From a bacterium (GTDB lineage Bacteria > Sysuimicrobiota > Sysuimicrobiia > Sysuimicrobiales > Humicultoraceae): a stretch of 11,216 bases of DNA. The notes beneath the pieces were generated by a model. It saw nothing but the letters and a program-made list of their open reading frames with translations. It was not told the origin of the DNA and did not search any database. Shown piece after piece: positions 7,682 through 11,216 of the stretch (positions are counted from its first letter, which is position 1; every line of letters begins with the position of its first letter). The position numbers were made by a program, and so were the translations under genes. Location of the stretch: the NCBI GenBank assembly GCA_041497675.1, contig JBGQGY010000117.1:1-11216 (forward strand), given 5' to 3'.

Positions 7682-8857
7682 ATGACTGTGGCCAAAGAGG
7701 CACCCAGCCGGCAAATCACCTACAAGCCGGTGATGACTGACGAGATGATCGATGCCGCCGTCTCGGTCCTGAAGAGCGGCAAGTACATCCGCAGCTACCC
7801 GTTGGAGGACTCGCACGGCAAGCGGTTCGAGGACGACTTCTGCGCGTACATCGGCTCGAAGCACGCGGTGAATGTCTCCAGCGGCACGGCCGCGATGCAC
7901 CTAGCGCTGTTGGCGGTCGGCGTGGGTCCTGGCGATGAGGTCATCACGGTCCCCAACACCTTTTCCTCGGTGGCCGACGTGATCATCCTCTGCGGCGCCC
8001 GGCCCGTCCTCGTGGACGTGGAGCCGGACACCTACAACATGGACGTCCGGCTCGTCGAGCGCGCGGTCACGCCGCGTACGAAAGCCATCATGCCCGTGCA
8101 CATGAACGGGCACGCGGTCGACATGGACCCGTTGATGGACATCGCGCGCCGCCACACGTTGAAGGTGGTCGAGGACGTCTGCCACGCCGCCGGGGCAAGG
8201 TACAAAGGCCGCGCGCTCGGCACCATCGGCGATGCCGGTTGCTTCTCCTTCGTCCAAAACAAGTGCATCTCGGTCGGAGGCGAAGGTGGCATGGTCGTGA
8301 CCGACGACCCGGTCGTCTGGGAGCAGTGTATGATGCGGGCCAATCACGGGCGCGGCCGCCGATGGTTCGCCGGGCACAAGTCCCAGCACGTGTACCAGGC
8401 GCAGCAGATCGAGGTCGTCGGGTTCAACTTCCGGCAGAACGAGATGCTCTCGGCCATCGGCCGGATCCAGCTGCGCTATCTCGACGAGTGGAATGCGAAG
8501 CGGCGGGCAAACGCCGAGCTCTACCAGCGGCTGCTGCGCGACGTGCCGCACGATCTGACGCTCCCCACGACGAAGCCGTACACGACCCACAGCATGCTGC
8601 GGTTCGTGGCCCAGACCCCTCAACGCGACGCGCTCAAGGCGCACATGGAGCGCAACGGCGTGCACATCATGGTCGAATACGGCACGCCGATCCACCTCGA
8701 CCACGCGTACCAGCCCTACTGCGGCGCGCCTGAAGGTACGTTCCCGGTGACCGAGCGCCTGGCGCAGACTATTCTCACCTTTCCGTGCTACCAAACGCTC
8801 GGTCCAGACGACATTCACTATGTCGTTGACACTATCAAGAGCTTCTACACGCACTGA
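7682..8857 (+). CDS. DegT/DnrJ/EryC1/StrS family PLP-dependent aminotransferase (copy 1)
   Basis: Motifs VSSGTAAMHLAL..GVGPGDEVIT, TKAIMPVHMNG, VVEDVCHAAGA, canonical SFVQNK (Lys at 8261-8263) followed by GGEGG, and GFNFR. RBS GGAGGAGG at 7673-7680 supports ATG 7682 or GTG 7688. Confidence 0.95.
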   Translation: MTVAKEAPSRQITYKPVMTDEMIDAAVSVLKSGKYIRSYPLEDSHGKRFEDDFCAYIGSKHAVNVSSGTAAMHLALLAVGVGPGDEVITVPNTFSSVADVIILCGARPVLVDVEPDTYNMDVRLVERAVTPRTKAIMPVHMNGHAVDMDPLMDIARRHTLKVVEDVCHAAGARYKGRALGTIGDAGCFSFVQNKCISVGGEGGMVVTDDPVVWEQCMMRANHGRGRRWFAGHKSQHVYQAQQIEVVGFNFRQNEMLSAIGRIQLRYLDEWNAKRRANAELYQRLLRDVPHDLTLPTTKPYTTHSMLRFVAQTPQRDALKAHMERNGVHIMVEYGTPIHLDHAYQPYCGAPEGTFPVTERLAQTILTFPCYQTLGPDDIHYVVDTIKSFYTH

Positions 8858-8881
8858 GACAGACCGCCGGGGAGGGTCTTC

Positions 8882-10000
8882 GTGGCAAAGGTTCAGCGTC
8901 GCATCACCTCACGCCTGACTGTCATCGATGACGAGGTCCGCGAGACGGTCTTGCGCGTGCTCGAACGCACCCCCTACTACGCCGGACCTGAAACCGCGGC
9001 GTTCGAATCCGAAGTCGCCGCCTACTGCGGCGTCGGGTTTGGCGTCGCGGCCAATTCGGGCACGTCGTCCCTGCTGCTGGCCCTGCTGGCGCGCGGCATC
9101 GGGGCCGGGGATGAAGTGATCGTGCCGACCAACACCTTCGTGTCGGTGCCAGAGTGCGTGCTCTTCGTCGGGGCGAGTCTGGTGCTGACCGATGTGGAGC
9201 CGGACGGCAACGTGAGCAGCGCCATCATCGAGCGCCACCTGACGCCCCGCACGCGCGCGGTGATCCCGGTGCACATGTTTGGACATCCGGTCGACATGGA
9301 TCCCATCATGGACCTGGCCCGCGATAACGGCCTCTTCGTCGTCGAAGACGCGGCGCACGCCCTGGGCGCGCGCTACAAAGAGCGGCGCGCCGGCTCGCTG
9401 GGACACGTCGGGTTCTTCAGCTTCGCGGGGAAATCGATCACGGTGTGCGGGCAGGCCGGCATGGCGGTGACGGCCGACCCCGACCTCGCCGCGGGCATGG
9501 CGGCGCGGCGCGTCCACGGGTGGAATCAAAAGGTGGGGAACGTCTGGCACGCCGCCGAGCGTCTCGGACTCAACCTGCGCACCAGCGAGCTGCTGTCCGC
9601 GATCGGCCGGGTCAACCTGCGCCGGCTCGACGGGTGGACCGCGGCGCGGGCCTCAAACGCGGCCAGGTACACGGCGCGCCTGTCGGTCGCACGCGTGCCC
9701 GTGATCCTGCCGGCCACGCGCCCGGATCAAGAGCCGGGATGGTTGCACTATGTCATCCGGACGCCGCGTCGAGACGCGTTGCGGGTCTTTCTCAACGACC
9801 GCGGGATCGAAACGCAGATCCACTATCCGGTCCCCCTCCACCGCCAGCCCGCGTTTCAGCACCCGGCGCGAGATTCATCGGCGTTTCCGGTCGCCGAGGC
9901 CATGACCGCCGACATGCTGACGCTGCCGTCGCATCCGTGGATGGCGCCCGATGAGGTCGACGCGGTCGCGGATGCCGTGATCGACTTCTCTCGGGGGTGA
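8882..10000 (+). CDS. DegT/DnrJ/EryC1/StrS family PLP-dependent aminotransferase (copy 2, atypical Lys loop)
   Basis: Motifs NSGTSSLLLAL..GIGAGDEVIVP, AVIPVHMFGHP, VVEDAAHALGA, SFAGKSITVCGQAG, GLNLR and HYPVPLHRQPAF. GTG start with GGAGG at 8871-8875. Confidence 0.93.
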   Translation: MAKVQRRITSRLTVIDDEVRETVLRVLERTPYYAGPETAAFESEVAAYCGVGFGVAANSGTSSLLLALLARGIGAGDEVIVPTNTFVSVPECVLFVGASLVLTDVEPDGNVSSAIIERHLTPRTRAVIPVHMFGHPVDMDPIMDLARDNGLFVVEDAAHALGARYKERRAGSLGHVGFFSFAGKSITVCGQAGMAVTADPDLAAGMAARRVHGWNQKVGNVWHAAERLGLNLRTSELLSAIGRVNLRRLDGWTAARASNAARYTARLSVARVPVILPATRPDQEPGWLHYVIRTPRRDALRVFLNDRGIETQIHYPVPLHRQPAFQHPARDSSAFPVAEAMTADMLTLPSHPWMAPDEVDAVADAVIDFSRG

Positions 10001-10007
10001 GGCGACG

Positions 10008-11135
10008 ATGGCAACCGCGACCCGCTACCGGACGACCTGGACGCCCTTCGACGCTGAGATGCGTGAGGCGATGCTGCGGCCCACGCCGGGGCCGATCTAC
10101 TACGACGGCCCCGAGTGCGACGCCTTCGAGCGCGAGATGGCGGCGTATCTCGGCGCCCGCCACGCGGTGGCCGTGTCGTCCGGCACTGCGGCGCTTCACG
10201 CGGCGATGCGGGCCATGGAGATCGGCCCGGGGCACGAGGTGATCTGCCCCGCCAACGGCTACCTGAGCGCGGCCGAGTGCGTCCTCAACGCCGGCGCGCG
10301 GCCGGTGTACTGCGACGTGCTGGAATCGACTGCGAACATGGACATCACCACGATCGAACCGCTGGTCACCCCGAAGACGAAAGCCATCATCATCATTCAT
10401 ACATACGGGCACGCCGTCGACATGGACCCCATTATGGACCTGGCGCGGCACCGCAACATCTTGGTCATCGAGGACGCGGCGCACGCGTTGGGCGGCGAGT
10501 ACAAGGGGCGCAAACTCGGGACGATCGCGGATCTCGGCTTCGCGAGCTTCGCCCGCAAGTGCGTCACGGTCGCGGGTCAGGGCGGGATGACGTTCACCGA
10601 CAACGCGACGTGGGCGGACCGCATGGTCAGGCTGCGCCGCCACGGGTGGGACCGCACCGACCCGTACCGCAGCGAGGTCTCGCTTATCGGGTTTAACGCC
10701 GTCATGAACGAGAGCCAGGCCGCGGTGGGGCGAGTGTCGCTGTCACGCCTCGACCGGCACAACGCGGCGCGGGCGCAGAACGCGCGCCGCTACACCGAGG
10801 GGCTCTCGACCCGGGGGCTCCCCGCGAAGCCGTTTGCGATCATGCCGTGGGCGAAACACGGCTGGCTGCACTACGTCGTGCGGGTGCCGCGGCGCGACGG
10901 GCTCATGGACTTCCTGGCGGCGAAGGGCACGGAGTGCGCGATCCACTACCGGCAGCCCGTCTACCGGGCGCCGGCCTACGTCGCGCGTGCCGGTGAGGAC
11001 CCCGGGCCGCGACCGGTGACCGACCGGCTCGTGGAAGAGATCGTGACCCTCCCATCGCACCCCGAGATGGGCGATGGCATCGAGATCGTCTTGGATCAAA
11101 TGGCCGAATTCTACGCGCGCCCGGGGCGCGGGTAA
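10008..11135 (+). CDS. DegT/DnrJ/EryC1/StrS family PLP-dependent aminotransferase (copy 3, atypical Lys loop)
   Basis: Motifs VSSGTAALHAAM..IGPGHEVICP, TKAIIIIHTYGH, VIEDAAHALGG, SFARKCVTVAGQGG and GFN. ATG lies 7 nt after the upstream stop, with GGTGAGG as RBS. Confidence 0.93.
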   Translation: MATATRYRTTWTPFDAEMREAMLRPTPGPIYYDGPECDAFEREMAAYLGARHAVAVSSGTAALHAAMRAMEIGPGHEVICPANGYLSAAECVLNAGARPVYCDVLESTANMDITTIEPLVTPKTKAIIIIHTYGHAVDMDPIMDLARHRNILVIEDAAHALGGEYKGRKLGTIADLGFASFARKCVTVAGQGGMTFTDNATWADRMVRLRRHGWDRTDPYRSEVSLIGFNAVMNESQAAVGRVSLSRLDRHNAARAQNARRYTEGLSTRGLPAKPFAIMPWAKHGWLHYVVRVPRRDGLMDFLAAKGTECAIHYRQPVYRAPAYVARAGEDPGPRPVTDRLVEEIVTLPSHPEMGDGIEIVLDQMAEFYARPGRG

Positions 11136-11137
11136 CG

Positions 11138-11216
11138 ATGCCGGCGGCCTGGCAGGATCGCTACATCGATGTCGACGGTATCCGCAGCCACTATCTGGAA
11201 GCCGGTAAGGGCGACA
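11138..11216 (+). CDS. Probable alpha/beta-fold hydrolase, 3'-truncated by the window edge
   Basis: ATG 2 nt after the aminotransferase stop. It translates to MPAAWQDRYIDVDGIRSHYLEAGKGD, the typical N-terminal strands that precede the (V/L)LLHG motif of alpha/beta hydrolases. Only 26 codons are visible. Confidence 0.7.
   Translation, partial: MPAAWQDRYIDVDGIRSHYLEAGKGD

Noticed and set aside
689..11099. Many long alternative-frame and antisense ORFs (e.g. 1191-1979, 2615-3301, 7901-8854, 9792-10643)
   Set aside because: These are Arg/Ala/Pro/Gly-rich shadow frames expected in high-GC coding DNA. They lie almost wholly over well-supported genes and have no family motifs.
7682..11135. O-antigen, capsule or antibiotic biosynthesis cluster
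   Set aside because: No NDP-sugar synthesis, glycosyltransferase, PKS/NRPS or polysaccharide export genes are in the window, and there is no evident drop in GC. This cannot be excluded beyond the right edge.
1..11216. CRISPR arrays, tRNA/rRNA genes, IS elements or long direct repeats
   Set aside because: None were seen. The window is almost entirely coding, and the only repeats are motifs shared between paralogues.

Overview
GC-rich bacterial window that looks like an uptake and catabolism island. The + strand starts with the 3' part of a hydantoinase B/oxoprolinase-family gene and an MFS transporter. The - strand carries an amidase-signature enzyme followed by an easily missed 69-aa ORF with a strong RBS, which resembles AtzG/HpxX/GatC-type amidase partner subunits and overlaps the MFS 3' end. 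Divergent from the amidase is a + strand run: a family-5 (DppA/GsiB-like) ABC substrate-binding protein, two permeases, no ATPase, three tandem DegT/DnrJ/EryC1/StrS PLP aminotransferases and the start of an alpha/beta hydrolase. Two of the aminotransferases have a shortened PLP-lysine loop. The spacer after the second permease appears to hold a collapsed relic of a second binding-protein gene. I found no RNA genes, mobile elements or CRISPR arrays. The most interesting hypothesis is that sugar aminotransferases, usually biosynthetic, are here coupled to an importer and hydrolases for scavenging amino-sugar or aminocyclitol compounds.
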